From NCBI GenBank assembly GCA_034933205.1, contig JAYFNY010000018.1:30394-94393 (forward strand): a stretch of 64,000 bases of DNA, read 5' to 3'. The DNA is from Eubacteriales bacterium. GTDB lineage: Bacteria; Bacillota; Clostridia; Christensenellales; CAG-138. Within the stretch, counting starts at the first letter, position 1; every line of letters starts with the position of its first letter. The notes below the pieces were generated by a model that was given only the letters and a program-made list of their open reading frames with translations, was not told the origin of the DNA and did no database searches. A program made the position numbers and the translations under genes. Below, piece by piece: positions 28,541 to 38,296 of the stretch.

Positions 28541-29977
28541 ATGGTTCGAACCCGTTTTGCCCCGTCGCCGACGGGATATATGCATCTTGGCAATCTGCGC
28601 AGCGCGCTGTATACCTATCTTTATGCGAAAAAGCATGGCGGAATGTTTATCCTGCGCATTGAGGATACCGACCAAAGCCGATATGTCGAAGGCGCGGTAG
28701 ACGTCATCTACAATACGCTTCGCGATATTGGCATGCTCTGGGATGAAGGCCCCGATATTGGCGGCGATTATGGACCTTATGTGCAGAGCGAGCGCAAGAG
28801 CCTGTATTTACCGTATGCCGAGCAGCTCGTCAAGAGCGGAAAGGCATATTATTGCTTCTGCACGAACGAGGAACTGGACACGCGCCGGGAGGAATCCTCC
28901 CAAAAGGGCGAAGTCTGGAAATACGACAAGCACTGCCTCCATCTTTCGCCCGAAGAAGTACAGAAGAGAATTGCGGCGGGCGAAGCGTATGTCATTCGCC
29001 AGAATGTTCCGCTGACCGGTGAAGCGTCGTTTGACGATGTGCTCTACGGGCATATCACGGTGGACTGCGCGGAGCTGGACGATATGGTGCTCATTAAGGC
29101 GGACGGCATGCCGACCTATAACTTCGCCAACGTGATCGACGACCACACCATGGCGATTACGCACGTGATGCGCGGCAACGAGTATCTCGCGAGCACACCG
29201 AAATACAACCTGCTCTACGAGGCGTTCGGTTGGGAGAAGCCGGTCTATATTCACATGACGCCGATCATGCGCGACCAGACACATAAGCTGAGCAAGCGCG
29301 ACGGCGACGCGTATTATGAGGACTATCTCAAAAAGGGTTACCTCAGGGAAGCGATCGTCAACTATGTTGCTCTGCTCGGCTGGAACCCCGGCGACGAGCG
29401 GGAGTTCTTTACGCTGGACGAGCTGAAGGAAGCGTTCGACGTGACGGGCATGTCGAAATCTCCCGCGATCTTCGATGTAAACAAGCTCACGTGGATGAAC
29501 GCGGAGTATGTGCGCAAGCTCACGCCGGAAGAGTTCACGCGGCATGCGCTGCCCTATTACGAGCAGGCGGGCGTTGCAAATATGGACAAGGACATCCTTT
29601 GCCGGATTTTGCAGCCGCGCACGGAAATTTTCACCCAGATACCGGAGATGGTTGACTTTCTGACCGCTTTGCCGGAATATGACGCGGAACTTTTTACGAA
29701 TAAGAAGAGCAAAACGGATTCGGCGGTCTCCGCAACCGTGCTGGATTTTGTGATCCCCGCGCTGGAGTCGCTGCCGGAGTGGACGGAAACGGTCTTGCAC
29801 GAAACGCTGCTTGGCATGGTGGAAGCGCGCGGAATGAAAAACGGAACGCTGCTTTGGCCGGTGCGCATTGCGCTGGCGGGAAAAACGGTCACTCCCGGCG
29901 GGGCCATCGAAATTGCGACGTTGCTCGGCAGGGAAGAGTCCCTCAGAAGACTGAAACTCGGTAGAAGCAAACTCTGA
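28541..29977 (+). CDS. gltX: Glutamate--tRNA ligase
   Basis: VRTRFAPSPTGYMHLGN, LRIEDTD, YYCFC, DGMPTYNFANVIDD, KLSKR. Confidence 0.97.
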   Translation: MVRTRFAPSPTGYMHLGNLRSALYTYLYAKKHGGMFILRIEDTDQSRYVEGAVDVIYNTLRDIGMLWDEGPDIGGDYGPYVQSERKSLYLPYAEQLVKSGKAYYCFCTNEELDTRREESSQKGEVWKYDKHCLHLSPEEVQKRIAAGEAYVIRQNVPLTGEASFDDVLYGHITVDCAELDDMVLIKADGMPTYNFANVIDDHTMAITHVMRGNEYLASTPKYNLLYEAFGWEKPVYIHMTPIMRDQTHKLSKRDGDAYYEDYLKKGYLREAIVNYVALLGWNPGDEREFFTLDELKEAFDVTGMSKSPAIFDVNKLTWMNAEYVRKLTPEEFTRHALPYYEQAGVANMDKDILCRILQPRTEIFTQIPEMVDFLTALPEYDAELFTNKKSKTDSAVSATVLDFVIPALESLPEWTETVLHETLLGMVEARGMKNGTLLWPVRIALAGKTVTPGGAIEIATLLGREESLRRLKLGRSKL

Positions 29978-30083
29978 TTTTCTTTCTCTTGCAAAGAAAG
30001 AAACAAAGAAGGAAGCAAAGAAATCATCGCGAAAATTCTTTTGTTTACTTTTCTTTTCAGAAAAGTAAAGGAGGTATGCCTTT

Positions 30084-31175
30084 ATGAAACTCGGAGTGAT
30101 TGGCCTGCCGAACGTCGGCAAGAGCACGCTCTTTAACGCGATTACGCAGGCGGGCGCGCAGGCCGCCAACTATCCGTTTTGCACCATCGAGCCGAACGTA
30201 GGCGTGGTAGCGGTGCCGGACGAGCGGCTGGATGTGCTGGCGAAGATGTATAATCCCGAAAAATACACGCCGACCACCATCGAATTTGTGGATATCGCGG
30301 GTCTTGTGCGCGGCGCGAGCCGCGGCGAGGGCCTCGGCAACAAATTCCTCTCGCATATTCGCGAGGTGGACGCGGTGGTGCACGTGGTGCGCTGCTTTGA
30401 GGACGAAAACGTCGTGCACGTGGACGGCAGCGTAGATCCCGGGCGCGATGTGGAAACCATTTCGCTCGAATTGATCTTCGCGGATATGGAGACGGTGGAA
30501 AAACGCCTCGATCGCGCGAGAAAGCTGCAGAAGACGGGCGATAAGAAGACGCTAGCGGAAATCGAGCTGCTCGATCGCATCCAGAAAACGCTGGAAAGCG
30601 GAAAACCGGCGCGCAGTCTCGACGTCAGCGACGAAGAAGCGGAACTCATGCGCGGATTTTTCCTCTTAACGAGCAAGCCTATCATCTATGTGGCGAACGT
30701 CGGCGAGGAGGAACTTGGCGCGGAGCCAAGCGGCCACGTGAAGGCGCTTTATGAGATCGCAAAATCCGAAAAGGCCGAAGCGCTGACGATCTGCTGCAAG
30801 CTGGAGGAAGAGATTGCCGAGCTGGATCCCGGCGAAAAGGCTGCGTTCCTTGCGGAGATGGGGATCCGGGAATCCGGCCTGGACCAGCTGGTAAAGGCCT
30901 GCTATCGGTTGCTGGGGCTTATCAGCTACTTGACCGCCGGGCCGAAGGAGGTCCGCGCCTGGACGATTGCGCGCGGAACGAAGGCGCCGCAGGCCGCGGG
31001 CAAGATTCATACCGACTTTGAAAAAGGGTTCATTCGTGCGGAGATCGTGCCGTTTGCTACGCTGGTGGAGCTCGGTTCCATGAACGCCTGCAAGGAAAAA
31101 GGGCTGATCCGCAGCGAAGGCAAGGACTATGTAATGCAGGACGGAGACGTAACGCTGTTCCGGTTCAACGTATAA
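30084..31175 (+). CDS. ychF: Redox-regulated ATPase YchF
   Basis: GLPNVGKSTLFNA, ANYPFCTIEPN, DIAGLV.GAS.GEGLGNKFL, APQAAGKIHTDF, EGKDYVMQDGD. Confidence 0.97.
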   Translation: MKLGVIGLPNVGKSTLFNAITQAGAQAANYPFCTIEPNVGVVAVPDERLDVLAKMYNPEKYTPTTIEFVDIAGLVRGASRGEGLGNKFLSHIREVDAVVHVVRCFEDENVVHVDGSVDPGRDVETISLELIFADMETVEKRLDRARKLQKTGDKKTLAEIELLDRIQKTLESGKPARSLDVSDEEAELMRGFFLLTSKPIIYVANVGEEELGAEPSGHVKALYEIAKSEKAEALTICCKLEEEIAELDPGEKAAFLAEMGIRESGLDQLVKACYRLLGLISYLTAGPKEVRAWTIARGTKAPQAAGKIHTDFEKGFIRAEIVPFATLVELGSMNACKEKGLIRSEGKDYVMQDGDVTLFRFNV

Positions 31176-31216
31176 GAAGCGATTCGAGTTTTCCCGCATT
31201 CTTCAAGCGCGTAAAA

Positions 31217-31246
31217 CGGCGTTCCCATTGGGAGCGCCGCTTTCTT
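31217..31246. terminator. Intrinsic terminator between ychF and the flavodiiron gene
   Basis: cggcgttccc-att-gggagcgccg followed by ctttctt; aaaa on the other side. Confidence 0.6.
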
Positions 31247-31275
31247 ACGGGCGATGAGCCCGAACATCGCCGTAT

Positions 31276-33132
31276 TTATTTTGCTTCCACGGAATCCAGC
31301 GGGACGAAAACCTCCACGCCATGCTTGCAGACGGGGCAGATGAAGTCCGGCGGGAGTTCTTCGCCCTCGTAGATGTAGCCGCAGACCGTGCAGAGCCAGC
31401 CCTTTTTCTTTGTTGCCTCCGCGGCGGGTTTTGGCTTGATGTTTTTACGGTAGTATTCGTAGGTGACGGAGGGTTCCTTGGAGAGCTTTTTCGCCTCGGT
31501 CACATCGGCGATAAAGAGCGTGTGCGTGCCGCAGTCCTGGGTGGCGATCACCTTGCCGCTGAGCAGCGCATTGACGCCCTCGGTCACATAGGTAATGCCG
31601 TTGACGCTGCGCGTATACGCGTCGAATCCCGCGAACTTGTCGGCGGATTTTCCGCTTTGCAGGCCAAAGCGCTCAAAGAGCGGGAAGGTTGCGCTTTCGC
31701 TCAGGATCGAAACATTGAACACGCCGGTTTTCAGGACCATATCGTGCGTAAGGTTTTCCTTGTTTACCGCGAACGCAATGCGCTTGGGCGTGCTTGTCGC
31801 CTGAATCACGGTGTTGATGATGCAGCCGTTGTCCCGCTCGCCTTCCTTGGCGGAAAGCACGAACAGGCCGTAGCTGATGGCGAACAGCGCGGCGTTATCG
31901 ATCTCGCCTGTGGGCACGTCGATACGGGAGGGCAGCGCCATGGAATCCGCAATGGCTTTTGCGAGCGCTTCGATTTCGGCGGTTTGCTCTTCCTTGAGCG
32001 AGGAACGAAGGGTCACCGTTTGCTCCAGCACGGTCATATCCTTGAGCGGGGCGAGCGTTTCTAGCATGAGCTTGCCGCTTACGGGCGCCCAGGAGCCGTT
32101 TTCCACAAACGCGAGCGTACGGTTCTGGATGTTATGCAGAACAAGGTCGTGGATGAGTTCTTCCATTGTGATGAATACGCCGGCGTTGTAGGTCGTCGCC
32201 GCAAAAACGAGATGGCTGTAGCGGAACGCCGCCGAGACGATCTGGCTCATCGGCACAACCGAAACGTCGAACACCTCCACATTCACGCCGAAATCGCGCA
32301 GACGGCAGGCGAGAATTTCCGCCGCGTTTTCGGTATTGCCGTAGATGGAAGCGTAGGCCAGCATCACGCCTTTTTCCTCGGGCTGATACGTGCTCCAGAG
32401 CTGATATTTTTCGATATAAGCGGCAAAATCTTTGCGATGCACCGGCCCGTGCAGCGGGCAGATGGTTTTCACATCCAATGCGGAAACTTTTTTGAGTGCG
32501 GACTGCACCTGCGGGCCGTATTTGCCGATGATATTGGCATAGTAACGCCGGGCCTCGCCCATGAGCGTATTATAAAAATCCAGCTCGTCGGCAAAGAGCG
32601 CGCCGTTGAGCGCATTGAAGGTGCCGAACGCATCCGCCGAAAAGAGGACCTTATCGGTCCTGTCGTAGGAGAACATGACCTCCGGCCAGTGCACCATGGG
32701 CGCCATGATAAACTGGAACTCGTGCCGGCCCGTGGAAAGCGTATCGTTTTCCTTCACGATGATCGCGCGGTCGGAAACGTCCGTTCCGAAGAACTGAACG
32801 ATCATTTCACTCGTCTTTTTCGTGCAGACAACCTTCGTGTCCGTATACCGGCAGAGCAGGTCCATCAGCGTCGCCGAATGATCCGGCTCCATATGCTGAA
32901 CGACCACGTAATCCAGATTTCTTCCGTTCAGCACGTGCGCGACGTTTTCAAAAAACACCTTGCCGACAGCCTTGTCCACCGTGTCGAACAGGATGGTTTT
33001 TTCATCCAATATGAGATAGGAATTGTAGGAAACGCCGTTGGGAATGGAATAGACGCCTTCGAACATGGCGAGACGCCGGTCGTTTCCGCCAACCCAGGTG
33101 ATGTCGTCGTTCACTTTTCGCGTGCAGTACAT
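31276..33132 (-). CDS. fprA: Multidomain flavodiiron protein (FprA core + flavin reductase + rubredoxin)
   Basis: SYNSYLI, HMEPDHS, VHWPE, FSADAFG, CPLHGP, YASIYGNTE; then ISYGLFVL..NGCIINT...GTHTLFIA; C-terminal CTVCGYIYE...CPVC. Confidence 0.85.
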   Translation of the reverse strand: MYCTRKVNDDITWVGGNDRRLAMFEGVYSIPNGVSYNSYLILDEKTILFDTVDKAVGKVFFENVAHVLNGRNLDYVVVQHMEPDHSATLMDLLCRYTDTKVVCTKKTSEMIVQFFGTDVSDRAIIVKENDTLSTGRHEFQFIMAPMVHWPEVMFSYDRTDKVLFSADAFGTFNALNGALFADELDFYNTLMGEARRYYANIIGKYGPQVQSALKKVSALDVKTICPLHGPVHRKDFAAYIEKYQLWSTYQPEEKGVMLAYASIYGNTENAAEILACRLRDFGVNVEVFDVSVVPMSQIVSAAFRYSHLVFAATTYNAGVFITMEELIHDLVLHNIQNRTLAFVENGSWAPVSGKLMLETLAPLKDMTVLEQTVTLRSSLKEEQTAEIEALAKAIADSMALPSRIDVPTGEIDNAALFAISYGLFVLSAKEGERDNGCIINTVIQATSTPKRIAFAVNKENLTHDMVLKTGVFNVSILSESATFPLFERFGLQSGKSADKFAGFDAYTRSVNGITYVTEGVNALLSGKVIATQDCGTHTLFIADVTEAKKLSKEPSVTYEYYRKNIKPKPAAEATKKKGWLCTVCGYIYEGEELPPDFICPVCKHGVEVFVPLDSVEAK

Positions 33133-33176
33133 AAGCAAGAGCTCCTTTCGTGTGCCTCTATGTGAAAAACTTGTGT

Positions 33177-34289
33177 TTATTCAGCCAGATAGGCCGAAAA
33201 CCCGCCGGATTGCGCGGTCGAGCCGTCCGAAAGGACCCAAAGCGCCTCCACGCCGTCAAGCGACGCGACGAGAGTCTGCCCTTCGTCGATCGGCATGCAG
33301 AACAGCCCTGTGGTCAGCGCGTCCGCGAGAGCCGAATCCGCCGAGATGACCGTGACCGAATCGTAGTACGTCGAGGGCATCCGCGTGGCGGGATCGATAA
33401 TATGGTGGTAACGTTTGCCATCGACGGTATAGTACCGCTCGTAGGTGCCGCTTGTGACGACGCTTTGCCCGTCCACCTGGGTCACGCAGAGATTTCCATC
33501 CGAATACGGGTCCCGGACGGCGACCTTCCAGGGCGTACCGTCCGGCCGCGTGCCGATGGAGCAGACGTTGCCGCCGATGCTGAGAAGCATACTCGTTACG
33601 CCCTCGCTCTTCATGGCGTCGATTGCCTGCTGCGCGGCGTATCCCTTGCCGATCGCGCCTACGTCTATGCGCGTCTGCGCGTCCGAAATAGAGAGCGTGC
33701 CGGCCGCGCGGTCAACGACGATATTGTCGATCTTCGAATGCTCGCTCGCCGTCTCGAGCGCTTCCTGCGGGGGGAGCGCAGCGTGGTCCGGGTCGTCGAT
33801 CCCGGCGTCGCGGTAGTCTTGCCAGAGCTGGAGCACGTTTCCCATGGCGATGTTCATCCTGCCGTTGGTAAGCGCGTCCATCCGCTTTGCGTATTCGATC
33901 AGATCGAGAATTTTACTGTCTACCACGACGGGTGCGGCGCCCGCGTTCCGATTGACGGTGCAGAGGTTGTTCAGCCCGTCGTAGGTATGGTAAATGTCGT
34001 AGAGACGGTGATACTCCAGCAAAAGCGTGTGCAGTTCGCTGAATCGGGCGGTTGCATCCACCTGACTGTTGGCGTAGAGGACGACCGTCGTTACGGTGTC
34101 GAATACATCAAGAAAAACCTGCTCATAGCGTGCGGGGGCGACCGAACGATCGGCGCAGCCGAGGAGCGAAACGCAGAGAAACGCCAGTGCGGTCAATCGG
34201 AAAACGAGCCGTCGAATGGCTTGTTTACGCAAAGATAGGGCACCGGTTGCGCCTGTACGCATTATTTCATTTTTTGGAATGTTACGCAA
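33177..34289 (-). CDS. apbE: FAD:protein FMN transferase ApbE (lipoprotein; start uncertain)
   Basis: Lipobox LLGC; IDVGAIGKGYA, IGGNV, VTSGTYERY, YHHIIDPAT, ADALTT. Confidence 0.9.
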   Translation of the reverse strand: MRNIPKNEIMRTGATGALSLRKQAIRRLVFRLTALAFLCVSLLGCADRSVAPARYEQVFLDVFDTVTTVVLYANSQVDATARFSELHTLLLEYHRLYDIYHTYDGLNNLCTVNRNAGAAPVVVDSKILDLIEYAKRMDALTNGRMNIAMGNVLQLWQDYRDAGIDDPDHAALPPQEALETASEHSKIDNIVVDRAAGTLSISDAQTRIDVGAIGKGYAAQQAIDAMKSEGVTSMLLSIGGNVCSIGTRPDGTPWKVAVRDPYSDGNLCVTQVDGQSVVTSGTYERYYTVDGKRYHHIIDPATRMPSTYYDSVTVISADSALADALTTGLFCMPIDEGQTLVASLDGVEALWVLSDGSTAQSGGFSAYLAE

Positions 34290-34291
34290 TA

Positions 34292-34840
34292 CTAGCTCCG
34301 TTTTTTCGCCTGCTTTTCCGCGTCGTTTGGCGATTCGGCGGTTATTTTGGAATTCAGACCGTGGAAGGTATAGCGCGCGATCAACCCGGTGAGCATCCCT
34401 GTTGCGACCGCCGCGGCCAGCAACACGGGCAGATAGGCCAGAATAGCCCGCGTTTCAACAACGAAACAAGCCACCGCCATCTGCGCGATATTATGCGCCG
34501 CTGCGCCGAGCACGCTGACGCCCACGATGCTGAGACCTTTCATGCGCCGTGCCGAAATCATGACGATCAGGCTGAACACGCCGCCGGCCAGGCTGTAAAG
34601 CATGGCGGCGACGCCGCCGAAGAGCAACCCGCTTAAGCCCACCTTGAGAAGCATCAGCAGGATTGCGCTGGGAACGTCCATAAGATACAGCGCGTAAAGA
34701 AGCACGGTATTGGCAAGCCCCAGTTTCACGCCAGGGATACCCGTAATCGGCAGCAGATACTCAACGTAGCCGAGTACAAGTGCAACGGCCGTCAGCAGTC
34801 CCAGTTTTGCTATGGCGGAAGCGTCCCAGCGTTTGTTCAT
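34292..34840 (-). CDS. Gx transporter / heptaprenyl-PP synthase component I family membrane protein
   Basis: ALVLGYVE.LLP...PGVKLGLAN, YSLAGG, GVSVLGA.AHN.AQ, YLPVL. Confidence 0.85.
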   Translation of the reverse strand: MNKRWDASAIAKLGLLTAVALVLGYVEYLLPITGIPGVKLGLANTVLLYALYLMDVPSAILLMLLKVGLSGLLFGGVAAMLYSLAGGVFSLIVMISARRMKGLSIVGVSVLGAAAHNIAQMAVACFVVETRAILAYLPVLLAAAVATGMLTGLIARYTFHGLNSKITAESPNDAEKQAKKRS

Positions 34841-34868
34841 ACAGACCCTTTCCAAAGCTTTCGCGCGG

Positions 34869-35240
34869 TCAGTTGCCTTCCGCGGAGGAAACCTCGACCG
34901 AAACGCCGTTTGGCAGACAGACGATCCAGTGATCCAGCAAAAGCTCGTCTGTGTTGTGCGGATCGATCGTTCCGTGACGTACGCAGATCTGGTTTTTGCA
35001 GGTGGAGGATTCCATTCGTACGCCGCTCTTGTCGATTACGATCACGTTTACCTTGCCGTCGCCCTGGTCCACCGTGATGGTTTGATCTTCGTCTGCGCTG
35101 GCCGTGGCGTAAACCTTGCCGCCGACATACACCGTGACCGTTGCGCCGGAGGGACGCTGCAGCGCAAAGCGCGAAACAAGCAGTGCGGCGAGCGCAAGCA
35201 GCAGTACGCCGCCTATGATGAGCCAATCCTTTTTCTTCAA
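34869..35240 (-). CDS. NusG domain II (DUF1312) membrane protein
   Basis: TTG start after RBS; KKKDWLII + TM; N.I.I...GVRM.SSTCKNQICV..G.I...IVCLPN.V.V. Confidence 0.85.
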   Translation of the reverse strand: MKKKDWLIIGGVLLLALAALLVSRFALQRPSGATVTVYVGGKVYATASADEDQTITVDQGDGKVNVIVIDKSGVRMESSTCKNQICVRHGTIDPHNTDELLLDHWIVCLPNGVSVEVSSAEGN

Positions 35241-35390
35241 CCGCGCGCCGCCTCCCCCTGGTTTCGGAACACTCACAGGTAACGATCATCGATAACGATC
35301 ATTGGTATTGTAACATGCCCGCAGGTATGCCTGCTACCGTTCGATGATAGAAAAAGGCTGTACGAACACTGCCCGAACAGCCTGCTTGGG

Positions 35391-35804
35391 CTAACGCCCC
35401 CTGTGCTTCGCTTTCTTTTTCTCCTGTCTGAGCTGAAATTTCCGTTCTTCCTCGGCGAGCCGCTCGGTACGGGAAACTTGTTTGTGTTCCTGCTTGCCCG
35501 CTTCGTATTGTTCTTTCAGCGCTTGCTGCGCTTTGGTGCCGACGCCGGCGGAAAGCACGGCGCGAGCCGCCGCGCGCTGCGCCCGCTTCGGGTTTGGGAC
35601 AACAAAACGACGTTCACGGTCCGCATGGGGTTTGGAGAAAACAAGAGTCCGGTAGGAATCGAGCAGAAATTTCAGGATCTCCCTGTCGCTCGGTTCCGCG
35701 CCAAAGGTGACTTTCGCAGCGGAGTAGGAGCTGTTACCGGAGCGTTCCCAAACGCCGACCCAGAAAGGTTCCTCAAAGAAAACCGTACATATTATGCGGT
35801 ACAT
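35391..35804 (-). CDS. yjdF: YjdF family protein (DUF2992)
   Basis: TVFFEEPFWVGVWE, KVTFGAEPSD.EI, NPKR.QR, GTKAQQALK, EKKKAKHRGR. Confidence 0.9.
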   Translation of the reverse strand: MYRIICTVFFEEPFWVGVWERSGNSSYSAAKVTFGAEPSDREILKFLLDSYRTLVFSKPHADRERRFVVPNPKRAQRAAARAVLSAGVGTKAQQALKEQYEAGKQEHKQVSRTERLAEEERKFQLRQEKKKAKHRGR

Positions 35805-35837
35805 ACCGCATCCTCCTTTTGCGGCCCCTTGAATCGG

Positions 35838-35922
35838 AAAGACGGACAACCCAGGAGGGCAGGTTACTGACGGATTATCTCCGCGCGCGGACTACCAACC
35901 GCGCTGTGTTTTTTCTCTCCGG
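35838..35922 (-). ncRNA. yjdF riboswitch (azaaromatic-sensing motif)
   Basis: Minus strand AAAACACAGCGCGGTTGGTAGTCC...CCGTCAGTAACCTGCCCTCCTGGGTTGTCCGT directly upstream of yjdF. Confidence 0.85.
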
Positions 35923-36114
35923 GCCGCGGAAGAATCATAGCACGTTTCCGGAAAAAGAGGAAACCCTGACCCGGAATACAGCGGCTTGGACAGGTGAAAA
36001 TCGCAAAATGGACGGCTCACGGATGTGTAACCGCTGTAAAACGTGATAAACTCGCAGACAAACCGGCAATCCCTGCTATAATAGACCTATAGTCATCGAA
36101 CAGGAGGTGTCGAT

Positions 36115-37128
36115 ATGAAGGTTCTCATGATCGGCGGTACGGGCCTGCTGGGCAGCCAGACCGCGCGGGAACTGATTTCGCGCGGGCACAGTGTGCATTC
36201 CATCGCGCTGCCGCCGATACCCGAAGGCGCGCTTTTGCCGCCGGAAATGACGCTGACGCTTAAGGACAGCAATCAAATGACGGATGAGGAGCTCAAGGAT
36301 CTGCTCCACGGTGCCGACGGCTTTATCTTTGCCTCGGGTGTGGACGAGCGGATCGAAGGTCCTTCGCCCATCTACGAATTTTTTCAAAAATACAACATCA
36401 CGCCGCTGGAGCGTATGCTCCGGCTCGCCAAGGAGAGCGGCGTGAAGCACGCGGTCGTTGCAGGGTCCTATTTTTCGTACTTTGCCAAGAAATGGCCGCG
36501 GCTGGAGCTGACCCGGTGGCATCCCTACATTCGAAGCCGCATCGACCAGGAAACGATGGCGCTCTCGTTTGCAGACGAACATTTCGACGTTTCCGTCCTG
36601 GAGTTGCCGTATATTTTCGGTGCGCAAAAGGGAAGGAAGCCTGTTTGGGTGTTCCTTGTCGAGATGCTTCAGGGCATGAAGGGCGCCGTCCTCTACCCGC
36701 GCGGCGGAACCGCGATGGTGACCGTCCGGCAAGTCGGCCAGGCGTTCGCGGGCGCACTGGAGCGTAACCGCGGCGGCAACGCGTATCCCATCGGGTGGTT
36801 TAATCTGACATGGCGGGAAATGATCACGATAATGAACCGTTTTATGGGAACGCCGGAGAAAAAGATCGTGACGATTCCCAACTTTCTCTTTGCGATGAAC
36901 GCAAAACAAATCGACAGGAAGCGCAGGGAAGCGGGAACCGAGGGCGGATTGCTCATGAGTAAATTCGTCGCTATGCAGACGGCAGAGCTTTTTATCGACA
37001 AGGCGGAGGCTTGCCTGCCGCTTGGTGTGACGGACGACGATATCGACGCGGCGATTGGCGAGTCGGTCGAGCTAAGCCTCGACGTACTGAAGAAGAAAGC
37101 AAACGTGATCGATATGAAAGGCGAGTAG
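36115..37128 (+). CDS. NAD-dependent epimerase/dehydratase (extended SDR)
   Basis: MKVLMIGGTGLLG Rossmann motif; YIRSR; LELPYIFG. Confidence 0.8.
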   Translation: MKVLMIGGTGLLGSQTARELISRGHSVHSIALPPIPEGALLPPEMTLTLKDSNQMTDEELKDLLHGADGFIFASGVDERIEGPSPIYEFFQKYNITPLERMLRLAKESGVKHAVVAGSYFSYFAKKWPRLELTRWHPYIRSRIDQETMALSFADEHFDVSVLELPYIFGAQKGRKPVWVFLVEMLQGMKGAVLYPRGGTAMVTVRQVGQAFAGALERNRGGNAYPIGWFNLTWREMITIMNRFMGTPEKKIVTIPNFLFAMNAKQIDRKRREAGTEGGLLMSKFVAMQTAELFIDKAEACLPLGVTDDDIDAAIGESVELSLDVLKKKANVIDMKGE

Positions 37129-37153
37129 CCCCTGCAATTTGGTAACGAAAAAA

Positions 37154-37192
37154 ACAGAAGCCGGGAGATTGAAAAATGTCCCGGCCTTTTCT
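37154..37192. terminator. Bidirectional terminator
   Basis: gccggga...tcccggc hairpin with A-tract before and cttttct after. Confidence 0.5.
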
Positions 37193-37224
37193 GCGTTATA
37201 ATGCGTTATAAAGTGAGGAGGACG

Positions 37225-38262
37225 TTATTCGACCCGAAAGCGAAAAACGGTTTCGGTCGTGTAAACGTCGCCTGCGCGCAGAACGATGCTGGGGAAGTGC
37301 GGGTGCTGCAGAGCGTCCGGAAAATGCTGCGTTTCCAGACAAAAACCGGCGCGCTTTCCATAGACTGTCCCATTTTTCCCGCGCATGCCGCACATGTCGT
37401 ACGGCGTAAAGAACTGAATCCCCGGTTGGTCGGTGAAGACGTCCATTGCAACGCCGCCCAGGGCATCGTGCACGGTCGCGACCAGTTCCACGCCGCCCTC
37501 CGGATGATTGAGCACGAAGTTGTGGTCATAACCAAGCGCGGCGTCCATGCGTTCGCTGCGCGATCCGATTTCCAGGCCGATCGGTTTCGGTGCCCGAAAA
37601 TCCAGCGGTGTGTTTCGAACAGGATCGATTTCTCCGGTCGGAAGAATGCAGGCGTCGATGCGGGTAAACGCGTCCGCATCGATGCGCAGCGTCTGCTCGA
37701 GAACCGTGCCCTGCCCGGCAAGGTTGAAGTAGGCGTGATTGGTCAGGTTGCAGAGCGTATCCTGATCCGAAACCGCAAAATAACGAATGGAGAGCGAGTT
37801 ATCGTCCCCCAGGGAAAAGGCGACCATCGCGCTGAGGTTACCGGGGAAATTCTCTTCGCCATCCGGGCTGAAGCGAGAGAACACGACCGAGTTTTCCTCC
37901 AGCGCAGCCTTCCACATTCTGCGGTCGAATCCGGTTTTTCCACCGTGGGAGCAATTGCCGCAGTCGTTGGCGGCGAGCGGATACTCGGTACCGTTCAGAG
38001 TAAAGCGCGCTCCGCCGATGCGGTTCGCCACGCGCCCGATCGTTCCGCCAATATACCACTCCTGCCGGACGTATGCTTCCGGCGAATCGAACCCGAGCAA
38101 TACGTCCACAAGACGACCGGCTCGGTTCGGAACCAGCATGCTCTGCCAGGTCGCGCCGTAGTCCAGCAAGGAACAAGCGGTGCCCGAGGCGTTCGTAATC
38201 GTATAGCGGGTGACGTCTTCGCCGGTTGGCAGACGTCCGAATGGGACGGATGTAACGCTCAT
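37225..38262 (-). CDS. galM: Aldose 1-epimerase (mutarotase)
   Basis: GGTIGRVANRI, HGG..GFD, SPDGEENFPGNL, NLTNHAYFNLAG, GYDHNF, FCLETQHFPD. Confidence 0.92.
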   Translation of the reverse strand: MSVTSVPFGRLPTGEDVTRYTITNASGTACSLLDYGATWQSMLVPNRAGRLVDVLLGFDSPEAYVRQEWYIGGTIGRVANRIGGARFTLNGTEYPLAANDCGNCSHGGKTGFDRRMWKAALEENSVVFSRFSPDGEENFPGNLSAMVAFSLGDDNSLSIRYFAVSDQDTLCNLTNHAYFNLAGQGTVLEQTLRIDADAFTRIDACILPTGEIDPVRNTPLDFRAPKPIGLEIGSRSERMDAALGYDHNFVLNHPEGGVELVATVHDALGGVAMDVFTDQPGIQFFTPYDMCGMRGKNGTVYGKRAGFCLETQHFPDALQHPHFPSIVLRAGDVYTTETVFRFRVE

Positions 38263-38296
38263 GGGAAAGCCTCTTTTGTTTATGAAATCAAAGGGA

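Larger units (their letters stand above)
25171..30070. repeat. Dispersed AT-rich palindromic (REP-like) repeat family, 7 copies in intergenic gaps
   Basis: Consensus TTCTTTTGyTTACTTTTCTTT-N-AGAAAAGTAA at ~25171(-), 25235, 26655, 28444, 28491, 29979(-), 30035. Confidence 0.75.

Noticed and set aside
36115..37128. SDR epimerase as the missing oxidoreductase of the sugar locus
   Set aside because: It is convergently transcribed with its own promoter region and terminator, so only adjacency supports membership.
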